A DNA stretch of 64,000 nucleotides from an uncultured Desulfosarcina sp. (GCA_963674945.2 CAXXWQ010000004.1:864001-928000), one strand, 5' to 3'. Shown: positions 20,885 through 31,803, numbered from the stretch's first letter. Numbers and translations are program-made. The notes: generated from the letters alone by a model not told the origin.

Positions 20885-21569
20885 TCCTGACGCGATTATC
20901 TTCTGGCAACACGGGTTTTTCAAACTCAACGCCACTATCGTATTCACGTGGGGACTGATGCTCGTGCTGGCCGTAGGCGCGAAGCTGATCACGCGTAAAC
21001 TTTCCATCGACCTGAAACGTTCCCGCTGGCAGAACCTTCTGGAAATCGTTGTCACCGGCATCGAGAAACAAATTGAAGAGGTCGGCCTGAATCAGCCGCA
21101 TAAATATATAGGCTTTCTGGGCACGCTCTTTCTGTTTGTCGCCGCAGCCGCCCTCTGCACCGTCATACCCGGCTACGAACCGCCGACCGGCTCGCTCTCG
21201 ACCACGGCGGCCCTGGCGCTGTGCGTGTTTGTCGCCGTGCCGTTCTTCGGCATCGAAGAACAAGGGGTGGGCAACTACCTCAACTCCTATGTGAAGCCGA
21301 CGTTCATCATGCTGCCGTTTAATATCATCAGCGAACTTTCGCGCACGCTGGCCCTGGCTGTTCGTCTGTTCGGCAACATGATGAGCGGCGCGATGATTAT
21401 CGGTATCCTGCTCACGATTATGCCCTTCATCTTTCCGATCATCATGACGGCGCTCGGCCTGCTCACCGGCATGGTGCAGGCCTATATCTTCAGTATCCTG
21501 GCAGCGGTTTACATCGCGGCCGCCACGCGTGTCCGTAAACCCAAGCCTGAACCCGAGGCCAAACCATGA
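20874..21569 (+). CDS. atpB: N-ATPase a subunit
   Basis: SRTLALAVRLFGNM (essential Arg), VQAYIFSILAAVY. Confidence 0.95.
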   Translation: MRLSPDAIIFWQHGFFKLNATIVFTWGLMLVLAVGAKLITRKLSIDLKRSRWQNLLEIVVTGIEKQIEEVGLNQPHKYIGFLGTLFLFVAAAALCTVIPGYEPPTGSLSTTAALALCVFVAVPFFGIEEQGVGNYLNSYVKPTFIMLPFNIISELSRTLALAVRLFGNMMSGAMIIGILLTIMPFIFPIIMTALGLLTGMVQAYIFSILAAVYIAAATRVRKPKPEPEAKP

Positions 21570-21600
21570 GACTTGAACTGTTACAACAAAAGGAGAACCT

Positions 21601-21882
21601 ATGGATAACATGACAATTATCGCGGTGGCATCAATTGTCATCGCCGGTATCACCACCGGTTTCGGCACGATGGGGCCTGCGCTGGCGGAAGGCAGGGCGG
21701 TCGCAACGGCGCTGAGTTCGCTGGCCCAGCAGCCCGATGCATCCGCAACGATTACCCGGACCTTGTTCGTGGGATTGGCGATGATCGAATCCACGGCAAT
21801 TTATTGCTTTGTGGTCTCGATGATTCTGATCTTCGCCAATCCGTTCTGGAACCATGTCATCGCCCAAGCCACAGGAAAGTAA
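21601..21882 (+). CDS. atpE: N-ATPase c subunit (Na+-ligand signature)
   Basis: PALAEG in helix 1, QQP loop, IESTAIY in helix 2. Confidence 0.95.
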   Translation: MDNMTIIAVASIVIAGITTGFGTMGPALAEGRAVATALSSLAQQPDASATITRTLFVGLAMIESTAIYCFVVSMILIFANPFWNHVIAQATGK

Positions 21883-21886
21883 AGCT

Positions 21887-22741
21887 ATGTTAATCGATTG
21901 GTTCACGGTCGGAGCACAGACGCTCAACTTTCTCATTCTGGTGTGGTTGATGAAGCGCTTTCTTTACAAACCGATTCTCCATGCCATTGATGAGCGCGAG
22001 AAGCGAATAGCCGAGGAACTCGCGAACGCCGATAAGAAAAAGGCCGAAGCCCAAAAGGAGAGAGATGCATTCAGGCACAAAAACGAAACGTTCGACCAGC
22101 AACGGGCGGCGCTCTTGAGCAAAGCGACGGACGAGGCCAAAGCCGAAGGTCAGCGACTCCTCGACGAAGCGCGCCAGGCCGCTGACGCCTTGAGCGCCAA
22201 GAGAATGGAAACGTTGCGAAACGACGCAGGCAACTTACGTCAGGCCATCAGCCGGCGCACCCAGCAGGAAGTATTTGCCATCGCGCGAAAGGCGCTGACG
22301 GGTCTTGCCACGGCAAGTTTGGAAGAACGCCTGGGCGAGGTGTTTACTCGTCGCTTGAGAGAGATGGACGGCCAGGCCAAAGCGGGCCTCGCCGAGGACC
22401 TTAAGACCGCAACCGACCCCGCGTGCGTGCGCAGTGCGTTTGACCTGCCTGAGGAGCAACGCGCGGCGATACAAAATGCGCTCAACGAAACCTTCTCGGC
22501 TGAAATCCATGTCCGGTTCGAGACCGCGCCGGACCTGATCAGCGGCATTGAACTCAGCACCAATGGACAAAAAGTGGCGTGGAGCATCGCTGATTATCTG
22601 GCATCCCTGGAAAAGGGAGTCGACGAACTTTTGAAGGAGAAGGACAAAGCTGAGATCAAAGCCGATCCTGAGCCTGAAGCCACGGCTGAATCTAAGCCTG
22701 AGGCAAAAGCCGAGCCTGAGCCCGAAATGGAAAGCCAATGA
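21887..22741 (+). CDS. atpF: N-ATPase b subunit (b/delta-like fusion)
   Basis: [29 protein letters not shown], long coil, delta-like PDLISGIEL. Confidence 0.93.
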   Translation: MLIDWFTVGAQTLNFLILVWLMKRFLYKPILHAIDEREKRIAEELANADKKKAEAQKERDAFRHKNETFDQQRAALLSKATDEAKAEGQRLLDEARQAADALSAKRMETLRNDAGNLRQAISRRTQQEVFAIARKALTGLATASLEERLGEVFTRRLREMDGQAKAGLAEDLKTATDPACVRSAFDLPEEQRAAIQNALNETFSAEIHVRFETAPDLISGIELSTNGQKVAWSIADYLASLEKGVDELLKEKDKAEIKADPEPEATAESKPEAKAEPEPEMESQ

Positions 22742-24276
22742 ATATGGAACCCGAGAGCCTCCAAAACATTTTTAACAGCGCATTTGCCGAAATAAGCCAG
22801 GTGCGGGAAGCATTCACACCGCAACTGACCCCACGGGAGGTGGGCACGATTACTAGTGTCGCCACCGGCATCGCCAAGGTATCGGGTCTTCCCGGCGTGG
22901 GTTTTGATGAATTGGTGAGGTTTCCGGGCGATGTGCTCGGCATTGCGTTCAACCTGGACGCGGACGAAATCGGCGTCGTTCTGCTCGGTGAATACTGGCA
23001 TCTGCACGCGGGCGATGAGGTTCAGCGCACGGGCCGGGTCATGGACGTGGCCGTGGGCGATGGATTGCTGGGGCGCGTCGTCGACCCCCTCGGTCGGTCA
23101 CTTGATGGCAACGGGCCGGTGGCCGCAAACAAGCGCCTGCCCGTCGAACGCCCCGCCGCGCCCATCATGGACCGCGCACCCGTCACGGTGCCGCTCCAGA
23201 CCGGCATCAAAGTCATCGATGCGCTCATTCCCGTTGGGCGCGGCCAACGCGAGTTGATTCTCGGCGACCGCCAGACGGGCAAGACCGCCATTGCGATCGA
23301 CACCATCCTGAATCAGCGCGGTAAGGATGTCCTGTGCGTTTATTGCGCCATCGGTCAGCGCGCGTCCGCCGTCGCCAAGGCCGTGGCAACCTTGCGGGAA
23401 AAGGGAGCCATGGATTACACCGTCCTCGTCGTAACCGAGGGCAACGACCCGCCGGGTCTGGCTTACATCGCGCCCTACGTTGCCACCAGCATCGCGGAGG
23501 CTTTCACGGAAGCGGGCCGGGATGTGCTGATCGTCTATGACGACCTCACCCATCACGCGCGCGCCTACCGCGAACTGTCTCTCTTGCTGCGCCGTCCACC
23601 CGGTCGCGAAGCGTTTCCCGGCGACATCTTTTATATCCACTCGCGGCTGCTCGAACGTGCGACGCACTTGCGCCGGGAGCGCGCGGGGGGATCGCTAACC
23701 GCCCTGCCCATCATCGAGACCGAAGCACAGAACATTTCCGCCTATATTCCGACCAACCTGATCTCCATCACGGACGGACAGATCTACCTCTCGCCGTCGC
23801 TGTTCGAATTGGGCGTGCTGCCCGCAGTTGATGTCGGCAAATCCGTTTCGCGGGTCGGCGGCAAGGCCCAGCGCGCGGCCTACCGCGCGGTGGCCGGCGA
23901 CCTCAAGCTCGGCTACGCCCAGTTCGAGGAACTCGAAACCTTTTCCCGGTTCGGCGCCCGTCTGGATGAAGAGACCCGCAAGATTATCGAGCACGGACGG
24001 CGAATTCGCGCCTGCCTCAAACAGCCGGAATTCTCCCCGGTGGCCGTGCCTGCGCAAATCGCCGTGCTGCTGGCATTGACCGCCGAACTCTTCGACCGCG
24101 TGCCGCTTGACCGGATGCCGGACGCCGAGGAGGCCCTGCGCGCAGCGGCGGCGGATATACCGCCGAAGGTGTGCGAGCGATTGGACACCGCCGATAAATT
24201 GAGCGACGAGGATCGTGAAACGATTATCCAAATCGCCCGCCAATCGCTCGCGCGCTTCCAGCCCAAGGCAGACTGA
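22738..24276 (+). CDS. atpA: N-ATPase alpha subunit (tail truncated by the insertion)
   Basis: [35 protein letters not shown]. Confidence 0.96.
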   Translation: MNMEPESLQNIFNSAFAEISQVREAFTPQLTPREVGTITSVATGIAKVSGLPGVGFDELVRFPGDVLGIAFNLDADEIGVVLLGEYWHLHAGDEVQRTGRVMDVAVGDGLLGRVVDPLGRSLDGNGPVAANKRLPVERPAAPIMDRAPVTVPLQTGIKVIDALIPVGRGQRELILGDRQTGKTAIAIDTILNQRGKDVLCVYCAIGQRASAVAKAVATLREKGAMDYTVLVVTEGNDPPGLAYIAPYVATSIAEAFTEAGRDVLIVYDDLTHHARAYRELSLLLRRPPGREAFPGDIFYIHSRLLERATHLRRERAGGSLTALPIIETEAQNISAYIPTNLISITDGQIYLSPSLFELGVLPAVDVGKSVSRVGGKAQRAAYRAVAGDLKLGYAQFEELETFSRFGARLDEETRKIIEHGRRIRACLKQPEFSPVAVPAQIAVLLALTAELFDRVPLDRMPDAEEALRAAAADIPPKVCERLDTADKLSDEDRETIIQIARQSLARFQPKAD

Positions 24277-24287
24277 CCTCGATAGCA

Positions 24288-24304
24288 TTGGCACGATATT
24301 TGAG
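24288..24304 (+). promoter_or_regulatory. Extra sigma54-type -24/-12 site
   Basis: TTGGCACGATATTTGAG, GG 24290-1 and GA 24302-3; no upstream UAS seen. Confidence 0.5.
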
Positions 24305-24317
24305 AAGACAGAAAAAT

Positions 24318-24465
24318 GATCATATAAGACCAATGATTAAATATGACACTTTTTATGTGGCGGTTAATGACAGCCCTATATATGTTATTTTAACTGATTA
24401 TTCATATAAATCAAAATGGTGGGGGACGAGACGCTAAATGTTGGGAACCTGGCACAAAAATTGAG
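24318..24465 (+). promoter_or_regulatory. Sigma54 promoter module 2
   Basis: GATCATATAAGACC-aat-GATTAAATATGACA (24318-24348); TATAAATCAAAATGGT (24405-24420); CTGGCACAAAAATTGAG with GG 24451-2. Confidence 0.78.
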
Positions 24466-24561
24466 TATATAAGAAGCATAAAAAGCAGTAAAAATGACTC
24501 GCCTGGAAAAAGTATTCCGGGAACTACCAAAAAAACAACAAATTAAAGGGAGGAAATTACC

Positions 24562-24651
24562 ATGAGTACGACAGGTCTCATCATTCTAATCGTAGTGTTG
24601 CTTTTAGTGTTCGGCGGGGGAGGCGGTTACTATTGGAGCAGACGACGGTAG
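24562..24651 (+). CDS. 29-aa single-TM small protein (not in the ORF track)
   Basis: GGGAGG RBS; MSTTGLIILIVVLLLVFGGGGGYYWSRRR*; lies between promoter module 2 and a terminator. Confidence 0.75.
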   Translation: MSTTGLIILIVVLLLVFGGGGGYYWSRRR

Positions 24652-24698
24652 GTGCTTCGGTGCTGTTTCTCACATTTTGACACTTTATATTGGCGACT

Positions 24699-24720
24699 GG
24701 CGGCCGGGAGGCCGCCTTTT
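24699..24720 (+). terminator. Intrinsic terminator
   Basis: GGCGGCC-ggga-GGCCGCC-TTTT. Confidence 0.7.
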
Positions 24721-24870
24721 GCGTGGATAAACGACTACAAGGGGGCCGACTGATACCGCGGTCCAAGAACTTTATCTTGAGGATGGTAGAAAAGTTTTGT
24801 GAACTATCGAAATATAACAGAGGGGGAACAAACCATGTTGATGAAAATGATCAACGTAGGAGGATACATC

Positions 24871-25233
24871 ATGATTTTGAATGAATTGGCCAATCAAGTA
24901 AAAAAAGCCAGGAGTTCTCGAGCAAATGATATGCGGCGAAACAGGAACAAAAATATGGTCATAGGGGTCGGCATCGGCTCGGCAGTGGGGGTTGCGACCG
25001 GAATCCTGCTCGCCCCCAAATCAGGCAAAGAAACCCGGCAAATCATTGCCGAAAAAACCAGCGAAACCGCGAAGAATATTAAAGATAAGGTATCCGCAAC
25101 CAAAGCCAAAATATCCGCCTCGGCCGCGGAAAAAGGCTCTCGTTTGCGCGAAGCCGGTCAAAAAGGCGTTGAGGCCGTAAAAGAAGATTGGAAAAAATCA
25201 GGCGAAGATAAGAAGAAAGAATCCAATAAATAG
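24871..25233 (+). CDS. YtxH-domain protein
   Basis: AGGAGG RBS; GVGIGSAVGVATGILLAPKSGKETR signature. Confidence 0.88.
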   Translation: MILNELANQVKKARSSRANDMRRNRNKNMVIGVGIGSAVGVATGILLAPKSGKETRQIIAEKTSETAKNIKDKVSATKAKISASAAEKGSRLREAGQKGVEAVKEDWKKSGEDKKKESNK

Positions 25234-25280
25234 AGTCTGATAGTAATTACTTTTCAAAATGCAAAAAAAAGGATGGCCTT

Positions 25281-25612
25281 ATGCAAGGATCCATTACTTT
25301 GAATGAATTGGGCATATTCATCGTTTTAGTAAAATGGCTTCAGCCACGCTGCAAAGAAACCAAGATCATTTAAATCAAATCATTCCCAACATTAATGAGA
25401 TTTCAGAGAATACCGTAAGAATCAGCGAGGAGGTCAAAAGAAGCGTTGATGAGGCGGGTGAGGCCGTCAGAACCATTTCTCATGAAACCACTGATACGGT
25501 ATTGACGATCAATGAGACGGCTGAATATCTGGCAAAGTATGCCCTGGTGATTGGCGAAATTGTCAAGACGATGGTCAATATGTTTTCATCGAATGAGAAA
25601 GCCTCGAAATAG
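25281..25612 (+). pseudogene. DUF948/YoxC-like membrane-anchored coil protein, apparently internally deleted or frameshifted
   Basis: AAGGA RBS and MQGSITLNELGIFIVLV in one frame; the coiled body (NQIIPNINEISENTVRISEEVK) is in another frame; follows ytxH. Confidence 0.5.
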
Positions 25613-25703
25613 GAGTTTTTGAGTAAAAAAACGGGGAATAATCTTATGGATTGTTCAACCTGCGCGGTCGTCTGGCGATAGGATAACAACGGGAAAAAAT
25701 ACC

Positions 25704-26906
25704 ATGCCAAACCATCCAAAAACAGGCGAAAGGCCGCGCTCGTTCCTTTCCTATTTGATACTGGGAGTGGCGCTATTTGCGTTCATCCAAACGTTCTCGC
25801 TGCTGTCTCCTATTCTGTTTTCGTTTCTGATGGTTCTGTTGATCTCGCTCGCAGTCAATCCCGTGATCTCACGGATGCGGGCTTTGAAGGCTGGAAGAAA
25901 AAGCGCGACGGGACTGATCGTGTCGGCATTGGTTGTTTTAATTGCCTTGACGGGCTGGGCTTTCTTCGGACCGATGAATGACGCGATCACCAAGCTCTCG
26001 GAACGGTTGCCCTCTTACTGGGAACGTCTCCAAAAGCCCCTGATCAAAATGGAGCAACAAGCAGTGCTTTCCGAGGAAAAACTCCAGACGGAAGTCACCA
26101 CTGAAATTGCCCGGATCGCGACAGATGAGGTCAAACACGAAGCCGCGCGACAAACCTCTAAACCGGCTTCGCCAAAAACTGCGAAAGAATCGGAATCTAT
26201 TCGTTCCAGGCTGAGCCAGATGATTCAGGGTGTGATCGGCAGTTTCACAGCGGTTGCGTTCAACGCGGCTCAGATGCTGGTCGTACTGGTGACGGTCTTC
26301 TTCGGCGTAATCTTTACGCTAATGAATCCACGCCCGATTTTCAGCGCGTTTTTTTTGATTGTACCCGAGCGCCACCATGAACAGACATTGATCATCCTGC
26401 AACGGGTTGGAAGATTTGTTCCCACCTGGGCATTTGCGACACTGCTGGCGATGCTGACAGTCGGCGTGTTGGTGTTTCTCCTCATGTGTCTCTTCTTCGG
26501 ATTTTTGGATGCCTTGGTGCTGGGGGTGATCGCGGGACTCTTCGAAGCGATTCCCTACCTGGGGCCCATCCTGAGCGCTGTGCCGGCCCTCTTGTTCGCC
26601 ATGGGCGAAGGCGGCATGACGCCGTTCTGGGTTTTGCTCTCCTACCTCGCCGTGCAGGTCTTAGAAAACAATATAATCTGCCCCCTGATCATGGCGCGCA
26701 GCATGAAGCTACATTCGGTGGCGGTGGTCTTTTCCATGCTTTTATGTGTCGCCGCCTTCGGGGTGCTGGGTGTTTTGATCGCCGCACCCCTGGTTGCCGT
26801 TGTAAAAATCGTGCACGACGAGCTTTATCGAAAGCGCTTTCTTCCAACGGTAACGGACGCAGACCTGGATCGTCTATCACAAATGGCCCTGCGCGAAAAG
26901 CATTGA
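25704..26906 (+). CDS. AI-2E (PerM/UPF0118) family transporter
   Basis: Multi-TM protein; AIPYLGPIL, VQVLENNIICPLIM, FGVLGVLIAAPL. Confidence 0.9.
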   Translation: MPNHPKTGERPRSFLSYLILGVALFAFIQTFSLLSPILFSFLMVLLISLAVNPVISRMRALKAGRKSATGLIVSALVVLIALTGWAFFGPMNDAITKLSERLPSYWERLQKPLIKMEQQAVLSEEKLQTEVTTEIARIATDEVKHEAARQTSKPASPKTAKESESIRSRLSQMIQGVIGSFTAVAFNAAQMLVVLVTVFFGVIFTLMNPRPIFSAFFLIVPERHHEQTLIILQRVGRFVPTWAFATLLAMLTVGVLVFLLMCLFFGFLDALVLGVIAGLFEAIPYLGPILSAVPALLFAMGEGGMTPFWVLLSYLAVQVLENNIICPLIMARSMKLHSVAVVFSMLLCVAAFGVLGVLIAAPLVAVVKIVHDELYRKRFLPTVTDADLDRLSQMALREKH

Positions 26907-27014
26907 TATCTTTTGATATTAACCGTTGAATGGTGACTGACAAACCGGGTGTTCTACACCCGGCGGCAAGTTCAACGCATAAGGCGCTGATAAGCCTGAA
27001 CCCGAGGAGAAGTC

Positions 27015-27911
27015 ATGAGCGAGACTACGGCGAGTTTGCGTCGCAAGATCAGCGGAGCCGGGGATCTCCAATCCGTCGTGCGCACGATGAAGGCCGTGGC
27101 CGCTTCGAGCATCGGACAATACGAAAAATCGGTGCGCGCGCTGGCCGACTACTATCGCACGGTGGCCCTGGGGTTGGGCGCATGCCTGCGGGAAAGCGGG
27201 CCGGCGCCCTTGACGGCGGAACGTAAAAGACAAACCGTTGCCAATGCGATTGGCGCGGTCGTGTTCGGTTCAGACCAGGGACTGGTGGGCCAGTTTAACG
27301 ATGTGGTAGCCGATTATGCGGTCAAGACGCTGACGGCTTTGGCGGCCAAACCCGCGATCTGGGCCGTTGGTGAGCGCGTTCATGCGCGTTTGGCGGACGC
27401 TGGCCTGCCGCTTTTGGGGCGCTTTTCCGTGCCGAACTCCGTCAAGGCCATCACCCCGCTCGTGGGGCAGATTCTCATGGAGAGCGAGACGCGCCGCAGT
27501 CAGGGTGAAGTCGCCGAACTTTACCTCTTCTACAACCGCCCCACGTCCGGGCCGGTTTATGCGCCCGTCAGTCAGCGACTGCTGCCGCTGGACGCAAGCT
27601 GGCGACGCAAACTGGCCGAACTCTCATGGCCGACGGGAAACTTACCCGAGGTCATGGGTGGCGGCACCGCGACCTTGGGGGCGCTCATCCGCGAATATCT
27701 TTTCGTCTCGCTCTTCCGGGCGTGCGCCGAATCCCTTGCCAGTGAGAACGCGAGTCGTCTGGCGGCCATGCAACGCGCCGACAAAAACATCGATGAATTG
27801 CTGGATGAGCTTAACCGGACATTCCATCGTTTGCGCCAGAGCGGCATCGACGAGGAACTGTTCGACGTCATCTCCGGTTTCGAAGCACTGACCGCAGAGG
27901 AGAAACAGTAA
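27015..27911 (+). CDS. atpG: N-ATPase gamma subunit
   Basis: LQSVVRTMKAVAA, FGSDQGLVGQFN, SENASRLAAMQRA, LRQSGIDEEL. Confidence 0.95.
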   Translation: MSETTASLRRKISGAGDLQSVVRTMKAVAASSIGQYEKSVRALADYYRTVALGLGACLRESGPAPLTAERKRQTVANAIGAVVFGSDQGLVGQFNDVVADYAVKTLTALAAKPAIWAVGERVHARLADAGLPLLGRFSVPNSVKAITPLVGQILMESETRRSQGEVAELYLFYNRPTSGPVYAPVSQRLLPLDASWRRKLAELSWPTGNLPEVMGGGTATLGALIREYLFVSLFRACAESLASENASRLAAMQRADKNIDELLDELNRTFHRLRQSGIDEELFDVISGFEALTAEEKQ

Positions 27912-27938
27912 TGAAGAACTTGAAACGGGATCTGACCC

Positions 27939-29294
27939 ATGAATAAACTCAAGCAAATTTGGAGCCATCTGCGGTCAAGCTTTTGGTTTGTACCTTCGCT
28001 GATTGTTGCCGTGAGCATCGCCCTCGCGGTGGCTTTGGTTAAAGCGGGTTCCACCGGGAGTTACAGTGACCAATGGCTGGCCCGTTGGCCGCGCCTGTTT
28101 GGGGGCGGCGCGGAGGGTGCGCGCGGGATGTTGTCCACCATTGCCGGCTCAATGATGACCGTGGTGGGGGTCACGTTTTCGATGACCTTGGTAACGCTGG
28201 CGCTGGCTTCGAGTCAATACACCTCGCGCATTCTGCGAAACTTCATGCGTGACCGCGTCACGCAGGTCGTGCTCGGAATCTTCACGGGTATTTTCACCTA
28301 TTGCCTGATTGTATTGCGCACCATCCGCGGCAGCGACGAGATCGGATTTGTTCCGAACCTGGCAGTCTCTTTCGGTGTCGTCCTGGCCATCGGCGGCATC
28401 AGCGTCCTTATTTTTTTCATCCATCACATCGCCTCTTCGATCCAGGCTTCGACCATTATAGCCTCGGTTGCCGTTGAAACCATGGAGGCCATTGATCGGC
28501 TTTTCCCGGAGAAACTTGGACACTGGCCGGTTGACGGCGATGCGGATCAGCGACCGCTCCCTCTGTCGGAACAGCGCTGGCAGGTAGTCTCAGCTATGCG
28601 GAATGGATATATCCAAAGGGTGGATCACACAACGCTCCTGCGTTTGGCGCGGGAGCACCAGACCATCGTGCGGATGGAACGAGGCATCGGCGAGTTCGTG
28701 GTGCAGAACACAGCGCTGGCCTCGCTCGCTCTGGAGGACCCACCGGAAAAAGAGATCATCGCCGACCTGCAGGCGGCATATAGCATCAACCGTTTCCGCA
28801 CGGTGGAACACGATTCCGCCTTCGGCATCCGACAGATCGTGGATATGGCGATGAAAGCGCTCTCGCCCGGCATCAACGACACTACGACGGCCGTGATGAG
28901 CGTGGATTATCTGACGGCGATTCTGGCGCGGTTGGCCTCCCGGAACATCCCTTCATCACGCCGCTATGAGGAAGGGGAACTGAGGGTGCTCACCATCGGG
29001 CCGACCTTTGAAGAGTTGCTGGCCGAATCGTTCGATCAAATTCGAAGCAGCGCCACAGGCAATGTCGCCATCATGTTGCGAATGCTTGGCGCGCTTCAAA
29101 CCATCGCCGGTCTGACGGCCAAGCCGAGACGACGGCGGGCGCTTGGCGATCAAATGCTATGGATCGCCGAACTGGCCGAACGCACCCTGGCGTCCGCGCA
29201 TGACCGTGCCAGGATCGAAACGCGGCTGGCGTGCGTGCGCGAAGCGCTCGAAGCTGAACCTGCTATGAACGCAGGAGAAGAGAAGACAAACTAA
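27939..29294 (+). CDS. DUF2254 membrane protein
   Basis: LRSSFWFVPSL, LALASSQYTSRILRNFMRD, KALSPGINDTTTA. Confidence 0.88.
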   Translation: MNKLKQIWSHLRSSFWFVPSLIVAVSIALAVALVKAGSTGSYSDQWLARWPRLFGGGAEGARGMLSTIAGSMMTVVGVTFSMTLVTLALASSQYTSRILRNFMRDRVTQVVLGIFTGIFTYCLIVLRTIRGSDEIGFVPNLAVSFGVVLAIGGISVLIFFIHHIASSIQASTIIASVAVETMEAIDRLFPEKLGHWPVDGDADQRPLPLSEQRWQVVSAMRNGYIQRVDHTTLLRLAREHQTIVRMERGIGEFVVQNTALASLALEDPPEKEIIADLQAAYSINRFRTVEHDSAFGIRQIVDMAMKALSPGINDTTTAVMSVDYLTAILARLASRNIPSSRRYEEGELRVLTIGPTFEELLAESFDQIRSSATGNVAIMLRMLGALQTIAGLTAKPRRRRALGDQMLWIAELAERTLASAHDRARIETRLACVREALEAEPAMNAGEEKTN

Positions 29295-29370
29295 AAATGG
29301 ATCAGCGGGAGCGTTGGACGGACCATGCCCGGAAGTGCTCTCGTAAAAAGATAGAGGAAAGGGGAAACGT

Positions 29371-29772
29371 ATGAAAACAAACATGGGGTTATGGATAGAT
29401 CATCGCAAGGCTGTGATTGTGACAGTTTCGGGCAAGGCGGAGGAAACAAGCGTTATCGAATCAAAGGCAGAAAAACAGCCCGGACGGTTTGACGGGGTAC
29501 GTTCGACTACCCCCTATGAATCTCAGAAGGTTCAAGCAGATGCCAGACAAGATATAAAATTTGCCGACAAACTCAACGTCTACTACGATGAGGTCATTTC
29601 GGTTCTTCGTGACGCCGAGTCCATTTTTCTTTTTGGTCCTGGAGAGGCAAAAGGTGAGCTGAAAAAACGTTTAGAAGAGGACCATCTCGATCACCACATC
29701 CAAGTGGTGGAAACAGTTGATCAGATGACGGATCGCCAGATTGCAGCTAAAGTTCGGGAGCATTTTAACTAA
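29371..29772 (+). CDS. eRF1/host-attachment-like small protein, copy 1
   Basis: GLWIDHRKAVIV...FGPGEAKGELKKRL...MTDRQIAAKVREHF. Confidence 0.75.
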   Translation: MKTNMGLWIDHRKAVIVTVSGKAEETSVIESKAEKQPGRFDGVRSTTPYESQKVQADARQDIKFADKLNVYYDEVISVLRDAESIFLFGPGEAKGELKKRLEEDHLDHHIQVVETVDQMTDRQIAAKVREHFN

Positions 29773-29865
29773 TCCTCCCATCAGCTAAAAAAGTATTTTT
29801 GAAGCAGCGCTATGCAAGTGATGAAATCGACACGGAGAAATTTGACCGGGAAAAAAGGACTTGAA

Positions 29866-31803
29866 ATGACCAACCCCAATGAAGGGGCCGAAAAACCGGT
29901 CCCCGAAAAACCCAAAAGTGAGAGCACACCACACGAGAAAAAAAGCCGTCTGGCGCAGCTTTCGCTTGCCGCTTTGGGCGTGGTTTTTGGAGATATCAGT
30001 ACCAGCCCGATATACGCCATTCGGGAGTGCTTCCACGGCGAATACGGCATCGATGTTAGTCATGCCAACGTTTTGGGAATCCTTTCCCTGATGTTTTGGG
30101 CGCTGGTAATGATCGTGGGTTTGAAATACTTGATCTTCGTTTTTCGCGCTAACAACCATGGGGAAGGCGGTGAGATTGCTCTAATCGCCTTGATTCGCGG
30201 TAAAAAGGGGCCTTCCGATAACCGGCGAAGGTTAGGCGTCATCGCCCTGGGGCTTTTTGCGGCCTGCCTGCTGTATGGGGACGGCATGATCACCCCGGCG
30301 ATTTCCGTTCTAAGCGCCGTGGAAGGGCTCGCCATTATCACCCCCCTATTCGCGCGCTTCGTGATCCCCGTCACCATTGCCATTCTCATTGGCCTGTTTA
30401 TGATCCAGCGACAGGGCACGGCGCGGTTGGGCGGTCTTTTCGGACCGGTAATTCTGGTTTGGCTCGGTTTTCTGGCTGTAACCGGGGCCGTGCAAGTGGC
30501 CCATACGCCGCAAGTGTTGTCGGCAGTTTTTCCGTGGCATGCGATCCGCTTCCTGGTTTTCAATAAACTGCACGGTTTTGTGGTGTTGGGCGCCGTATTT
30601 CTGGTAGTCACCGGCACCGAGGCGTTATATGCAGACATGGGGCATTTCGGCACCCGGCCAATTCGTTTGACCTGGTTTGCCATTGTTTTTCCCGCCCTGG
30701 TGTTGAATTATTTCGGGCAAGGAGCGCTCCTTTTGGTCAACCCGGAAGCAGCGGGTCATCCTTTTTACGCCATGGTGCCCGCTTGGGCAATGATTCCGAC
30801 GGTGTTGTTGGCCACCCTGGCCACCATCATTGCCTCCCAGGCGGTCATCAGCGGCGCTTTTTCCATGACCCGACAGGCAATCCAACTGGGATACCTCCCG
30901 CGTTTGAACATCCGGCATACCGCCGCAACGCAAATCGGCCAAATATATGTGGCCCCGGTCAATTGGATGCTCATGATCTGCACGATCTCCCTTGTGGCCG
31001 GCTTTCAATCCTCCAGCAAACTTGCGGCTGCATACGGGTTAGCCGTCACCTCCACGATGATTATCAACACGGTATTGTTTTTTGTGGTGACCCGCAGACA
31101 GTGGCATTGGCCGTTGATATGGGCCGTACCGCTCGCAGGCCTCTTTTTGCTGGTGGACGTGCCGTTTTTTGCAGCCAACGTCAGCAAAATTTTCCATGGT
31201 GCCTGGTTCCCGCTGGTTATCGGAGCTGTATTCTTTACATTGATGCTCACCTGGGCCAAGGGACGCCGAATCATGGCCGAAAAAATACGCAAGAATATGC
31301 CGCCGTTGCATCAATTTATCGTCGATCTGGCCAGCCATCCGCCAAACAAAATCGAAGGGGACGCGATTTATTTAACGGGAAATAAAAATGTCGTGCCCGT
31401 GGCCCTGGCAAAGAACGTCAAGCACAACAAAGTCATTCACAACCGGACAATATTGCTGAATTTTCAGGTGGAAGACATCCCTCGTGTTCCAAGTCTGAAA
31501 AAGATCCAAACCGAAAAATTAGGCGGCGGATTTCATCGCATTGTGGCCCGCTATGGGTTTATGGAAGATCCCAGGCTGGACACCTTGTTTTCATTGACGC
31601 GCGACCAGGGTTTGGATCTGGATCCGGAAACAACGAGTTTTTACATCGGTCGTGAAAACCTGGCCATCGCTGAAATATCCGTGATGGCGCGTTGGCGTAG
31701 GAACCTTTTTATTTTTATGTCCCGCAACGCAGCCGATGCCACTTCGTTTTTTAAGCTTCCAGCGAACGAAACGATTGAAGTCGGCCTTCGCCTGGAAATT
31801 TGA
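29866..31803 (+). CDS. kup: KUP/HAK/KT potassium transporter
   Basis: LGVVFGDISTSPIYA, GEGGE, YGDGMITPAISVLSA, GTEALYADMGHFG. Confidence 0.95.
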   Translation: MTNPNEGAEKPVPEKPKSESTPHEKKSRLAQLSLAALGVVFGDISTSPIYAIRECFHGEYGIDVSHANVLGILSLMFWALVMIVGLKYLIFVFRANNHGEGGEIALIALIRGKKGPSDNRRRLGVIALGLFAACLLYGDGMITPAISVLSAVEGLAIITPLFARFVIPVTIAILIGLFMIQRQGTARLGGLFGPVILVWLGFLAVTGAVQVAHTPQVLSAVFPWHAIRFLVFNKLHGFVVLGAVFLVVTGTEALYADMGHFGTRPIRLTWFAIVFPALVLNYFGQGALLLVNPEAAGHPFYAMVPAWAMIPTVLLATLATIIASQAVISGAFSMTRQAIQLGYLPRLNIRHTAATQIGQIYVAPVNWMLMICTISLVAGFQSSSKLAAAYGLAVTSTMIINTVLFFVVTRRQWHWPLIWAVPLAGLFLLVDVPFFAANVSKIFHGAWFPLVIGAVFFTLMLTWAKGRRIMAEKIRKNMPPLHQFIVDLASHPPNKIEGDAIYLTGNKNVVPVALAKNVKHNKVIHNRTILLNFQVEDIPRVPSLKKIQTEKLGGGFHRIVARYGFMEDPRLDTLFSLTRDQGLDLDPETTSFYIGRENLAIAEISVMARWRRNLFIFMSRNAADATSFFKLPANETIEVGLRLEI

